This document shows, one piece after another, positions 42,059 to 52,681 of a DNA stretch of 64,000 nucleotides (position 1 is the stretch's first letter; each line of letters opens with the position of its first letter). The stretch covers positions 96,001-160,000 of the forward strand of contig CAVOVB010000007.1 of the NCBI GenBank assembly GCA_963699755.1. Reading direction: 5' to 3'. This stretch comes from an uncultured delta proteobacterium. Its GTDB lineage: Bacteria > Myxococcota_A > Polyangia > Polyangiales > Houyiibacteriaceae. The position numbers and the translations under genes were made by a program. The notes beneath the pieces are model-generated. The model made no database searches. It had not been told where the DNA came from and saw nothing but the letters and a program-made list of their open reading frames with translations.

Positions 42059-42070
42059 AGCAATGGAGCA

Positions 42071-43459
42071 ATGAATCGAATACCAATGGCCGCGGCCGTC
42101 GTGCCGTGGCTCGTATGGAATATGGGTCTCAGTGGCTGCGCGCACGGCCAGCGCGGTGAGTACCATACGCAAAAAAGCGCGCTCGACGCAGCGGCGCCAC
42201 GAAACGGGACCGACGGGGAACAACTCGAGGGGCAATCCCCGTTCCCCAGCGGCACCTCGTTAGAACGGGAGGCGCTCGTCCGTGCCGTCCTCGCGCGAAA
42301 CCCGAACTTGGAAGCGGCGAGGCAGGCTTGGCGCGCCACCCTCGCGGAACACCCGCAGGCACGATCGCTCGAAGATACGATGGCCAGCTACTCGCTTGCG
42401 CCTCTCAGCATACGCTCGGACGTGGTTCGGTTTGGCCAAGTCGTTCGGCTGGAGCAACGCTTCCCCACGCCCGGCAAGTTTCGGTTTGCCGGAGAGGTCG
42501 CGCTTGCAGAGGCCGAAGCAATGCGAGGCGGCTACGAAGCGGTGCGGCTGACGCTTGCCCTGATGGCCTCGTCGCTGTTCGACGAATACCACCGAGTGAC
42601 GCGCGTGCTCACGCTCAACGACGAGCATCGCGAGCTGATCGAGGACATCAAAGCAAGCGCGCTGGTGCAATACGAATCAGGACGCGCTTCTCAGCAAGAT
42701 GTGCTGCAAGCCGAGGTGGAGCTGGCGCACATCATCCATCAACGCGTCATGCTCGAATCGGAGCGGAGGGTCATCATGGCGCAGCTCAACGGCCTGCTCC
42801 ATCAGCGCCCTGATCTCGAGCTCCCTGCGCCCCCTCGAACGACGGCAACACCGTCGATCGAGGTGCCGCAGACGGAGCAATTGCAGCGAGACGCGCTCGA
42901 CAACCGGCCCGAGCTCCACGCTGCGCGGTCTCAGCAGCAGGCTGCGGATTCCGGCGTCAATCTCGCCAAACGCAACTACGCTCCCGCAATAGGGTTCACG
43001 GGAGAATACAACTCGATGTGGGCTGAAACGGACCATCGGTGGATGACCGGCGTTTCGCTGAACCTGCCACTGCAGATCAGGTCGCGAAAAGGCGCCGTCG
43101 ACGAAGCGCAGGCCCGTGCCCAGCAGGCCTCCGCCGAGCTCTCTGTGAAACGAGACGAGGTGCGGGTCGAAGTCGATCAAGCGCGCCAGCGCGTGCTCGA
43201 AGCCGCGCATGTGGTCCAGTTGTACGAGACGCGACTGATACCCGCAGCGCGGGCTCAAATCGACGCAGCCGGGTTCGGTTACGACACCGGACGGAATAGC
43301 TTTCAGGCGCTGATCGACGCGGAACGTTCGCTTCGAACACTCGAGGTCGAATACGAGGAGGCGATGGCGAGCTTCGGACAGCGGGCCGCCGAGCTCGATC
43401 GGGCACGAGGAATCCTACCGGGTCTGGGAGATCAAGGAGGACCGAATGAGCGTCCGTGA
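42071..43459 (+). CDS. TolC/CusC-family outer membrane efflux lipoprotein
   Basis: LSGC lipobox, ARNPNL, QYESGRAS, SLNLPL, YDTGR; precedes cusB. Confidence 0.85.
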   Translation: MNRIPMAAAVVPWLVWNMGLSGCAHGQRGEYHTQKSALDAAAPRNGTDGEQLEGQSPFPSGTSLEREALVRAVLARNPNLEAARQAWRATLAEHPQARSLEDTMASYSLAPLSIRSDVVRFGQVVRLEQRFPTPGKFRFAGEVALAEAEAMRGGYEAVRLTLALMASSLFDEYHRVTRVLTLNDEHRELIEDIKASALVQYESGRASQQDVLQAEVELAHIIHQRVMLESERRVIMAQLNGLLHQRPDLELPAPPRTTATPSIEVPQTEQLQRDALDNRPELHAARSQQQAADSGVNLAKRNYAPAIGFTGEYNSMWAETDHRWMTGVSLNLPLQIRSRKGAVDEAQARAQQASAELSVKRDEVRVEVDQARQRVLEAAHVVQLYETRLIPAARAQIDAAGFGYDTGRNSFQALIDAERSLRTLEVEYEEAMASFGQRAAELDRARGILPGLGDQGGPNERP

Positions 43460-44714
43460 ACGAACTGGAAAGAGACGGGACTGGGCGCTCCTCGGCCTGC
43501 TCCTTGTCGGAATGGCTGGCGCCGCGATTTGGATGTTCGGCCGGCACACCGGCGAGCCGGAGGCAAGCCAGGAAGAGGTCGACCATTATGCACACGAAGA
43601 GGGGGTCGCGTACTACACGTGCCCGATGCACCCTTCGGTGCAGCAGCCGTCGCCAGGGAACTGTCCGATCTGCGGCATGGACCTCACCGCGGTGAAGCAG
43701 GAGGACTTGGACAGCGGGACCATCGTGGTCGACGAAGTGCGCCGGCAGCAGATCGGGGTCAGGACGGCAGCCGTCGAGCGACGAAACGTCTCGCGTCAGA
43801 TTCGCGCCGTGGGTCAGGTCAAGGTCGACGAGACGCGGCTCTCGGACGTGAACCTTCGCATGAGCGGCTGGGTGCACCGGCTCCATGTCGAGGAGACCGG
43901 GCAACGCGTCAAGCGAGGACAAGTCTTGTTTACGCTCTACAGCCCCGAGCTCTACGCGGCCGAACGCGAATACCTGACCACGCTAAAGCGGGACCGTGAA
44001 GCTCGCTCGGACACGAGCTCGGAGCTGACGCGCGCCTCAGAGCAACGGCTTCGTCTACTCGGGATGAGCCAAGCCCAGATTCGCGAGCTCAGACGGCGCG
44101 GCGAGGCCTGGGAGAACGTTCCCGTGGTGGCTCCGAGCACCGGATACGTCATCGACAAAGATGTGGTGGAGGGCGGGCGCATCGAGGCCGGCACACGCGT
44201 CTACCGAATCGCCGACCTGAGCCGTCTCTGGGTCGATGCGGAAGTGTACGAAGCCGATCTCGCGCAGGTGAAGAAAGGCCAGCCGGTGTCGGTGCAACTT
44301 CCCTACGTGCCCGGTCAGAGCTTCGAGGGCAAGGTGGACTACATCTACCCCACGTTGGACGGGATCACACGGACGGGTCGCGTGCGTGTGGCGCTCGACA
44401 ACCCAGGCTTGACGCTCAAGCCCGACATGTACGCCGACGTCGAGCTCGCGGTGGACCTCGGGGAACGACTCGTAATCCCCAATTCGGCGGTGATCTACAC
44501 GGGGCCTCGCCGCCTGGTATTCGTCGACCTCGGCGAAGGAAGGCTTCACCCGCAAGAGATCGAAGTCGGCGTACGAGCCGGCGAGTACGTCGAAGTGACC
44601 CGTGGCCTCGAACCGGGCGATGTCGTCGTGACTTCGGGGAATTTTCTCATCGCGGCCGAGAGCCGCATTCGATCCGCTACCGGCTTTTGGGGAGGCGGGC
44701 ATGGGGCTCACTGA
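43446..44714 (+). CDS. cusB: Heavy-metal RND periplasmic adaptor (CusB-like)
   Basis: YTCPMHP..CPICGMDL, LYSPEL, YIYPTLD..TRT, LKPDMY, SGNFLI. Confidence 0.9.
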   Translation: MSVRERTGKRRDWALLGLLLVGMAGAAIWMFGRHTGEPEASQEEVDHYAHEEGVAYYTCPMHPSVQQPSPGNCPICGMDLTAVKQEDLDSGTIVVDEVRRQQIGVRTAAVERRNVSRQIRAVGQVKVDETRLSDVNLRMSGWVHRLHVEETGQRVKRGQVLFTLYSPELYAAEREYLTTLKRDREARSDTSSELTRASEQRLRLLGMSQAQIRELRRRGEAWENVPVVAPSTGYVIDKDVVEGGRIEAGTRVYRIADLSRLWVDAEVYEADLAQVKKGQPVSVQLPYVPGQSFEGKVDYIYPTLDGITRTGRVRVALDNPGLTLKPDMYADVELAVDLGERLVIPNSAVIYTGPRRLVFVDLGEGRLHPQEIEVGVRAGEYVEVTRGLEPGDVVVTSGNFLIAAESRIRSATGFWGGGHGAH

Positions 44715-47700
44715 AGACGAGGCCAGCCTGAAGCCAACTCTGATTGCCCGCGTCATCGACGCGAGTGCGCGTCAGCCTTTCATGACGCTCTTGTTCGCCA
44801 TCGTGGCGGGCGTTTGGGGCTACTACGCGCTTTGGAACGCACCGCTCGACGCGATTCCAGATCTCTCGGACACGCAGGTCATCATTTTCACGGAGTGGCA
44901 GGGCCGGAGCCCCGACTTGGTCGAAGATCAGATCACCTACCCGATTTCGACCTTTCTGCTGGCAGCACCGGAGGTGAAGTTCGTGCGAGGCCAATCCTTC
45001 TTCGGCCTCTCGTTCGTTTCGGTAATCTTCGAAGACGGCACCGACATGTACTGGGCGCGAAGCCGAGTCTTGGAATACCTCAACTCTGCGCTCGCCGATC
45101 TGCCTGACGGCGTGCGCCCCACCCTGGGTCCGGATGCGACCGGCGTAGGCTGGGTATTCCAGTACGCCTTGGTGGACAGGAGCGGTAAGCACGACCTGCA
45201 AGAGCTGCGATCATTCCAGGACTGGAACCTGCGGTACGCGCTCGAGAGCGTGCCGGGCGTCGCGGAAGTGGCGTCCGTCGGCGGCTTCGTCAAGGAATAC
45301 CAGGTGCAGGTCGACCCCGTGAAGCTTCGCGCCTACGGCGTGGGCATCAGTGATGTCGTGCGGGCGGTACGCGAGTCCAACGAAGACGCCGGCGGCCGCA
45401 CAATCGAGATTGCGGGTCACGAACAGATCATCCGAGGGCGCGGCTACATCCATAGCGAAGACGATCTGCGCAAGATCCCGGTCAAGCTCGGCAAAGGCGG
45501 TACGCCGGTCTTGCTCGATCAATTGGCCGTCGTCAGCATCGGCCCTTCGATGCGTCGTGGAATCGCCGAGCTCGATGGCGAGGGCGAGGTCGTCGGTGGC
45601 ATCGTCATCATGCGCTACGGCGAAAACGCGCTGTCGGTGATCGACGCGGTGAAGCAGAAGATCGAAGATGTGAGGGCCGGCCTTCCCGATGGCACCGAGC
45701 TGGTCATCACCTACGACCGCTCCGACCTCATCAAGAGAGCGATCGGCACGCTCCGAAGCACCTTGATCGAAGAAATGATCGTGGTCAGCGTGATCATCTT
45801 CTTGTTTCTTCTTCACGCGCGAAGCGCGCTCGTTCCCATCATTACGCTGCCACTGGCCGTGATTTTGGCCTTCATCCCGATGTACTATCAAAACCTGACG
45901 GCGAATATCATGTCGCTGGGCGGAATCGCGGTCGCGATCGGGGCCATGGTCGATGCCTCGATCATCGTCATCGAGAACATCCACAAGAAGCTGGAGTACT
46001 GGGATGCCGAGGGACAGCCGGGGTCGAGACAGAAAACGATCGTGGCGGCCATGCAAGAGGTCGGTCCGTCGATCTTCTTCTCGCTTCTGGTGATCACGGT
46101 CTCGTTCTTGCCGGTGTTCACGCTGGAAAGCGCGGAGGGGCGTCTTTTCAAGCCGCTGGCCTTCACGAAGACCTATTCGATGGGCTTTGCCGCGATTCTT
46201 TCCGTCACTCTGATTCCGGCGCTGGCTGTACTCATGATCCGGGAAAAATTCGCCGCGAGGACGAGAACCCCCTCAACCGTTGGCTGATCGCGTCGTATGC
46301 GCCGGTCGTTCGCTTGGTCGTGGCGCACCAGCGGGCAGTGATCGTCTTTGCGCTCGTCGCCATGGGACTCACGGTCCCCGCCTTTCTCAAGCTGCAAAGC
46401 GAGTTCATGCCTCCGCTGAACGAGGGCACGGTTCTCTACATGCCGACCGCGCCGCCGGGGATGTCCGTGACGGAGGCCTCGAACGTGCTCCAGGCGATGG
46501 ACCGGCAGCTCAAATCCTTTCCGGAGGTCGTCTCGGTGTTCGGCAAGGCGGGACGAGCGGAAACCGCCACGGATCCGGCACCGATCGGCATGTTCGAAAC
46601 GACCATCGTGCTCAAGCCGCAGTCCGAATGGAGAGCCGGCCTCACGTGGAAGGACTTGATCCAGGAGATGGACGAAACCCTGCGCTACCCGGGCATGCCC
46701 AACATCTTCTGGATGCCGGTGCAAACTCGCACCGAAATGCTTGCGACCGGCATTCGAAGTCCCTTGGGCATCCAAGTGTTCGGGAATGACCTCGAGACCA
46801 TCGAGCGTACCGCGGTCGAGATCGAGCAGGCCGTGTCCAAGATTCCTGGGACGCGGAGCGCGTTTGCGGAGCGCTCAGCAGGCGGCTTTTTCATCGATTA
46901 CGAGATAGATCGCGAAAAGGCCGCGCGCTACGGCCTTCGGGTAGCCGATATCAACGAGGTGATCATGACAGCCGTCGGCGGCATGGTCGTCTCGGAAACA
47001 GTGGAAGGACGGGAACGCTATCCCATCACCGTCCGCTATGCGCGCGAGTTCCGCGATGACCCATCGCTGCTCGAAGCGATTCTCATCAGCACAAAGACAG
47101 GCGCGCAGGTGCCGATCAGCCAAGTTGCGGACCTGAAGTTCGTCACAGGACCCCCGATGGTTCGCAGTGAAGACGGCAAGCTCGTGGGCTTCGTCTTCGT
47201 AGACACCGACCGGCCGATCGGCCAGTACGTCGAAGACGCAAAGCGCGTCATCGCCGACGAGGTCACTCTTCCAGCGGGTGTGTGGTTGGGCTGGGCCGGC
47301 CAGTTCAAGTACCTCGAACGCGCTAAGGAAAAGCTCAAGTTGGTCGTACCCGTGACGCTGTTCTTGGTGATGATGCTTCTCTATTGGAACACCAAGTCCT
47401 GGGCGGAGACCGCGATGGTCATGCTCGCCGTGCCCTTCTCGCTGATTGGAGCGGTCTGGCTCCTGTTCTTCCTCGACTACAACATGAGCGTTGCGGTCTG
47501 GGTGGGCATGATCGCCTTGGCGGGCCTCGATGCGGAAACGGGCGTCGTCATGCTGCTCTACCTAACCCTCGCCCACAAGAAGTCGCAGGACGCCGGAACG
47601 CTCCAAACTCCGGCGGACCTGAGCGAGGCGATCGTCGACGGTGCAGCAAGGCGAATCCGGCCGAAGCTGATGACCGTGATGACCACCACGATTGCGCTCT

Positions 47701-47891
47701 TGCCGATCCTCTGGAGCACAGGCACCGGCGCAGACGTCATGAAACGCATTGCTGCGCCGATGGTGGGCGGTCTGGTAACGTCGTTCTTGCTGGAGCTCAC
47801 GGTCTATCCGGCGATCTTTGCGGCATGGAAGGGTCGCTCTCTTCCTGCGCTTCAGGTCAAGCACGCAGAAGGAAATGGAGGCAACGGATGA
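44701..47891 (+). pseudogene. cusA: CusA/CzcA heavy-metal RND pump split by a single frameshift (real or sequencing error)
   Basis: LDAIPDLSDTQV, GPDATGVGW in ORF 44701..46287; EFMPPLNEG, RIRPKLMT, MKRIAAPMVGG in ORF 46314..47891; break at GGGAAAAA 46241-46248. Confidence 0.85.
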
Positions 47892-48421
47892 TGGATGGAC
47901 GATCAGCGGCTCTGCTCACATGGGCCGCGATGGGTGCCGCGATCTTTTTGATTGGATGCAGCAAGAACCAGGAGTCGGCGCTGAAACCGTCGACGCTCCC
48001 TGCCGAAACGAGCGCCAGAATCGACGAAGCCGTCGCAGCCTATGACGTCGCGCGCGCTGCACTCGCCGAAGATCGCGGAGACGTAAGAGCCCCAGCTACC
48101 AAGTTGGCCAACGCCGCCCGGCTGGGCTCGGCATCGGCTCCCGAGAACCTCCGCCGGCCCCTCGAAGAGCTCTCGAGCGCCGCAGAGCGGCTCGCCGGCC
48201 TGGAGAGCGCGGACCTGAGCGAAGCGAGAAAGGCGTTTGGCGATGTGAGCCAGGCACTAATCGCATTACTCTCCGCCGAGCCGAGCCTCCAGGGGGGCCG
48301 ACAGGTCTACGAGTGCCCCATGGCCAAAGGCTACAAGAAGTGGGTGCAGGTCTCCAAAGGGGTCTCCAATCCCTACATGGGAAGCGAGATGCTCCAATGC
48401 GGCACCGAGGCTGGTTTCTAA
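47888..48421 (+). CDS. DUF3347-like metal-binding lipoprotein
   Basis: LIGC lipobox, ARKAF..S, YECPMA, NPYMGSEMLQCG; ATGA overlap with cusA. Confidence 0.75.
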   Translation: MMDGRSAALLTWAAMGAAIFLIGCSKNQESALKPSTLPAETSARIDEAVAAYDVARAALAEDRGDVRAPATKLANAARLGSASAPENLRRPLEELSSAAERLAGLESADLSEARKAFGDVSQALIALLSAEPSLQGGRQVYECPMAKGYKKWVQVSKGVSNPYMGSEMLQCGTEAGF

Positions 48422-48430
48422 GCGTGAGTC

Positions 48431-48793
48431 TCAACGCAAGAGCAGCACATAAAGCACGGCCCCACACGCGACCAGAATCGCGCCAAACGCCACGACAACC
48501 GGCCCCCGCATCGCCACCGGAAACATTCCACGTTCTAGGTTTTTGGCGACCCAGAGATAGCGGCTCACCGCATAGATCAGCGAAAGACCACCGAAGCTGA
48601 TGAAGCCGAGTCCCCCGGCGACCGCGAGCGCTTCGCCGTCCGCCCCTAACCGTGCGAGCAGAACACCTAGCCCAACCAGACCGAGCGCCGTCCGCACCCA
48701 TGCGAGGAACGTCCGCTCGTTGGCAAGGTGGTCGCGCGCCGTACTGTCGCGGTTTTCGATGAGGTCTCCGACCATCGGACCTGCACTTAGCAT
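48431..48793 (-). CDS. DUF202/YidH membrane protein
   Basis: RDHLANERTFLAWVRT plus three TMs. Confidence 0.88.
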   Translation of the reverse strand: MLSAGPMVGDLIENRDSTARDHLANERTFLAWVRTALGLVGLGVLLARLGADGEALAVAGGLGFISFGGLSLIYAVSRYLWVAKNLERGMFPVAMRGPVVVAFGAILVACGAVLYVLLLR

Positions 48794-48982
48794 AGCTCGC
48801 CCGGAAAGGTGACCGTGGGAGTCAGGATTGAGAAGGCAGTGAGTAAAAGCCCCGGCTGACTCGTCGAGCTACCCGAGGAAGAAGCGTCCGCGATGCTGGA
48901 GAAAGCAAACCATTCGTATTGACGAGGACGTAGTAACTTGTGACTCTCGGCGGGCTCCACGCGAGGGAAAAGGATTTAGAGA

Positions 48983-49984
48983 ATGAAGCGCCGTTTCGCA
49001 CCGATTTTGCTCATTTTGGTTGCCGCCATCCTGCTGCCGGGAACCAACACACCCACCAAAGCCGAAGAGGGCTACACCCTGCGCATCGCCTCGCTAGCGC
49101 CGGCGGGCTCATCCTGGATGAAGATCCTCAATGCCTGGAACAAATCGCTTCAAGAGAAGACCGACGGGAAGCTGAAGATGCGCTTCTACCCCGGCGGCTC
49201 TCAAGGCGACGAACGCGACTTCGTCCGCAAAATGCGGGTCGGGCAGCTCGACGGAGGCGTCGTCACCATGACTGGGATGAGCTTGCTAATACCCGCGATG
49301 AACGTCCTGGTGCTTCCGGGTTTGCTCCCCACCTATGAGCAGCTCGACCGAGTCCGCGGCAAGATGGCCCCTGAGTTCGAAGCGATGTTCGCGAAGGAGA
49401 ATATGAGGCTCGTCGGCTGGGGCGACGCTGGCAAGACGCGCCTGTTCTCCGTGAAGCCAATCAAATCGCCCGGGGACATCAAGTCGATGCGCCCCTGGGT
49501 CTGGAAGGACGACCCTATCTTCGTCGAATTCTATCAAGTCATCGGCGCGAGCGCGGTTCGGCTCGGCGTGCCCGAGGTCTACCCGGCGCTGCAAACCCGA
49601 ATGGTCGATGTGATCTCTTCCTCGGCGCTCACCGCGGTGGCGTTGCAGTGGTACACGCGCGTGAAATACATGACCGCGCACAACTCGGCAATCATCGCGG
49701 GTGGAACGATGATGCGCAAAGACAAGTACGACGAGCTTCCACCCGAGCTTCGAGAAGCGTTCGACAGCACCGCCGCCCGCGCACACGAGTTGCTCAACAA
49801 AGTCATTCGCAAAGACGACGAGAAGGCCTACCAGGTCGTCCTAGACAAAGGCATCGAGGCAGTGGGAGCCGGAGATGCCCAAGCTGCCTGGGACGCTGCT
49901 GATAAGAAGGTTCGCGACAACCTCACCGGACGGATGTTCTCGAAGAGCCTCATCAATGCGGTAGCAGAAGCGGCAAAGCCGTAA
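48983..49984 (+). CDS. dctP: TRAP transporter solute-binding protein (DctP/TatP-like), 333 aa
   Basis: Signal peptide, RIASLAPAGSSW, FYPGGSQGDE; paralog of 790..1791. Confidence 0.88.
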   Translation: MKRRFAPILLILVAAILLPGTNTPTKAEEGYTLRIASLAPAGSSWMKILNAWNKSLQEKTDGKLKMRFYPGGSQGDERDFVRKMRVGQLDGGVVTMTGMSLLIPAMNVLVLPGLLPTYEQLDRVRGKMAPEFEAMFAKENMRLVGWGDAGKTRLFSVKPIKSPGDIKSMRPWVWKDDPIFVEFYQVIGASAVRLGVPEVYPALQTRMVDVISSSALTAVALQWYTRVKYMTAHNSAIIAGGTMMRKDKYDELPPELREAFDSTAARAHELLNKVIRKDDEKAYQVVLDKGIEAVGAGDAQAAWDAADKKVRDNLTGRMFSKSLINAVAEAAKP

Positions 49985-50002
49985 CGACCGCGCGCGGAAG
50001 AC

Positions 50003-51043
50003 GTGAGCAGCGCCGAGCAACTGACGTTCGAATCGAACGGGATTCGCATCCACGCGGTCAGCCGCGGCAGGGGGCCAGCGGTCTTGTTCTGTCACGGATT
50101 TCCCGGCCTCTGGTACTCCTGGCGCCATCAGCTCCCGGTGGTCGCCGACGCCGGATTCAAAGCGATTGCCGTCGACATGCGCGGCTACGGCCGAAGCGAC
50201 AGACCCCTCTCGGCAAACGAGTACGGCAACCAAACCATCGTCGCCGATCTGACGGGGGTCCTCGACGCACTCGGGGAAGAGCAAGCCGTCGTCGTCGGCC
50301 ACGACTTCGGTGCACAGGCGGCATGGGCGGCGGCGCTTCACGCACCGGAGAGGGTTCGCGGCGTCGCGTCGATAGCCGTGCCCTACGGGGTCGGATTTGC
50401 GCGAGACGAGAAGGAGGCGTCCGAACCGAAGAGCGAGGCCAAAGACTCGCGACCTAGGGGCTCCAAGCCGAGCGAAACCTACGCGGCTATCGCGAGGAAC
50501 CATTTTCTCCATCTGCACTACTTCCAACAAGTCGGCCCTGCCGAAGCGGAGCTGGGGGCGAACCCCAGATTGTTCCTCGAGCGGATCTATTGGGCGCTCA
50601 GTGCGCGCGGAAGCTTGCTCGATTTCAAGAACTTCCCGTCAGAAGGCACCCGCTATCTAGATGTGCTCGCCGAGCCAAGCGAGCCCCTGCCGTGGCCCTG
50701 GCTCAGCGAGACGGACCTCGACTACCTAGTCCAGGAATATATGCAGACGGGGCCCGAGACCGCCTTCATCGGCGGCCTCAACTCCTATCGGGCGATGGAC
50801 GTGAACTGGGAGTGCGATCCCTACTACGGGCGCTCCAAGATCGACCACCCCGCCCTCTTCCTCTGCGGCGAGCAGGACCCGGTCCTCCAGATCATCACGC
50901 CCAAGACGCTCGAGACCATGCCCGAGCGCGTCTCCGACCTCCGAGGCATCGAGCTCATCCCCAATGCCGGCCACTTCGCCCAACAGGAGCAGCCCGAGGC
51001 GGTCAACCGCCACCTGCTGGGGTTTCTGAACAGCCTACGGTGA
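50003..51043 (+). CDS. Alpha/beta hydrolase, soluble epoxide hydrolase (EphA)-like
   Basis: HGFPGLWYSWRHQ, DMRGYG, GHDFGA, GHFAQQE. Confidence 0.88.
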   Translation: MSSAEQLTFESNGIRIHAVSRGRGPAVLFCHGFPGLWYSWRHQLPVVADAGFKAIAVDMRGYGRSDRPLSANEYGNQTIVADLTGVLDALGEEQAVVVGHDFGAQAAWAAALHAPERVRGVASIAVPYGVGFARDEKEASEPKSEAKDSRPRGSKPSETYAAIARNHFLHLHYFQQVGPAEAELGANPRLFLERIYWALSARGSLLDFKNFPSEGTRYLDVLAEPSEPLPWPWLSETDLDYLVQEYMQTGPETAFIGGLNSYRAMDVNWECDPYYGRSKIDHPALFLCGEQDPVLQIITPKTLETMPERVSDLRGIELIPNAGHFAQQEQPEAVNRHLLGFLNSLR

Positions 51044-51061
51044 GAAAAAGCAGGCGGGCGC

Positions 51062-52681
51062 CTAAGCCTGGAACTGCGTCGCCAGCTTGCTGGAGAGCTT
51101 GTAGACCAGGCCGTAGATCGAGAGTTGCGGGTTGGCCCCGATGCTCGTCGGGAAGAGTGAACCGTCCATGATGTACAGGTTGTCGAGGTGGTGGAACTTA
51201 CCGTCCGCGCTGGTGACACTCCGCTTCGGATCCTCTCCCATTGGGCAGCCGCCCATCACGTGTGCGCTACCGACCGTGGCCTTGTGCGCAACCACGTCGA
51301 GCGAGGCGACCGCCGCCTTGGCCTCCTTCCAGGACATGTAGTGCTTCGCCTGCTTGTGGGCCGGACGTGCGGACTTTGCGCCAGTGGCGAACTGCATCTC
51401 GAGCATCACGTTGAACGCGCGGCGCACGCCTTCCATGAGGTAGTCGTTGAGCGGATAGTCGAGAGTCGGCTCTCCCTTCTCGTTGAGCTCGACGGCGCCG
51501 CCTTGGCTCTGTTCGTGGAAGCCGTCGCGCATGAGCGCAATCATGCACTGGGTGTGGTTGAGCTGATCCATGCTCCGGGTGAGCTCTTCACCTGCGTCCG
51601 AGTAGAACCCGGCGGCGAACGCGGGTTGAAGTGGCGGCACTTCGAGCTTGAACCCGACCGGACCCGTGTGAACGTTCTGCCATTGGAAGTGATCCGAATA
51701 GATCGACTGCGGGGCCCCATAAAACGGATCGATCGACTCTTCGTAGATGGCCATCGTCAGGGTCGTCGGATGCAAGAAGGTACGCTTTCCGATCAGGCTG
51801 TGAGGATCGGGGGCATTCGAGCGCAGGAGGATCGCCGGTGAATTGATCGCCCCACCCGCCAGCACCGTACGGGTCGCCCTGACGGTGATCTTCTGGCCGC
51901 TCCTGCCTCGGACGTCGGCCGTGAGGGCCTGAGCTTCGACGCCCGTCACCGCATCGCCTTGGCGCAGCACGTTCACGACCCGCGCGCGGTGAACGAGCGT
52001 GGCTTTGTGATCCAGGGCCTCTGGAATCGTGGTCACGAGCATGGATTGCTTTGCGTCGACCGGGCAGCCAAGCCCACAGTAGCCGAGGTTCAGACAGCCG
52101 CGCACATTGCGGTGGATCTTCTCCCAGGAATAGCCGAGCGTCTCGGAAGCGCGCTGCAAGATGCCGTTGTTGTTGTTCGGGGCCTGAGGCCATTTGTGGA
52201 TGTTGAGCCTGGCTTCCATGTGCTCGAAGTACGGGGCCATCTCTTCGACGGAGCAGCCGCTCACGCCCATGTGCTCGCTCCAGAACTTCAGCGTCTCGGG
52301 CGGGGTGCGAAAGCTCGTCGTCCAGTTGACCGTCGTCGAGCCACCCACCGAACGGCCTTGCAGGATCACCATTCCGCCGTCTTTGGTGCCCCGGCCCGTG
52401 CCCTCTTGGTAGAGGTCCCGATACGCGGCGCGCTCCTGCATGTCGAACTGGCTCGAGGTCTTGAGTGGACCTTCTTCCAGGAGAACCACGCGCAGGCCGG
52501 CCTGGCTCAAGGTCTCGGCCGCGGTGCCGCCACCGGCGCCTGTGCCCACGATGACGACGTCGGCTTCGAGCTCCAAAGGTGCGGTGAGCTTGCTCGCATC
52601 CCGGATGTCCCAGCCGCGCTCGGCGGCTTTGTTGTAGGGGTCGGTGCTGCTGCCCAATTCGACTGTGGATAGATCGATCAC
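51062..52681 (-). CDS. GMC oxidoreductase (LaoA-like long-chain alcohol dehydrogenase family)
   Basis: VGTGAGG, GGSTTVN, CxxxGYCGLGC, SAHVMGGC, FPTSIGANPQ; GTGA overlap. Confidence 0.85.
   Translation of the reverse strand: MIDLSTVELGSSTDPYNKAAERGWDIRDASKLTAPLELEADVVIVGTGAGGGTAAETLSQAGLRVVLLEEGPLKTSSQFDMQERAAYRDLYQEGTGRGTKDGGMVILQGRSVGGSTTVNWTTSFRTPPETLKFWSEHMGVSGCSVEEMAPYFEHMEARLNIHKWPQAPNNNNGILQRASETLGYSWEKIHRNVRGCLNLGYCGLGCPVDAKQSMLVTTIPEALDHKATLVHRARVVNVLRQGDAVTGVEAQALTADVRGRSGQKITVRATRTVLAGGAINSPAILLRSNAPDPHSLIGKRTFLHPTTLTMAIYEESIDPFYGAPQSIYSDHFQWQNVHTGPVGFKLEVPPLQPAFAAGFYSDAGEELTRSMDQLNHTQCMIALMRDGFHEQSQGGAVELNEKGEPTLDYPLNDYLMEGVRRAFNVMLEMQFATGAKSARPAHKQAKHYMSWKEAKAAVASLDVVAHKATVGSAHVMGGCPMGEDPKRSVTSADGKFHHLDNLYIMDGSLFPTSIGANPQLSIYGLVYKLSSKLATQFQA

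Noticed and set aside
48919..48934. Second LiuR-like site TTGACGAGGACGTAGT
   Set aside because: Only 11 of 16 positions match the 18447 palindrome, and it is equally explained as a -35 element.
48900..48945. c-di-GMP-I riboswitch-like string GCAAACCATTCG..GGACG upstream of dctP
   Set aside because: No GNRA tetraloop and no GCAAA after GGAC; the downstream stem does not fit. An Rfam covariance search would settle it.
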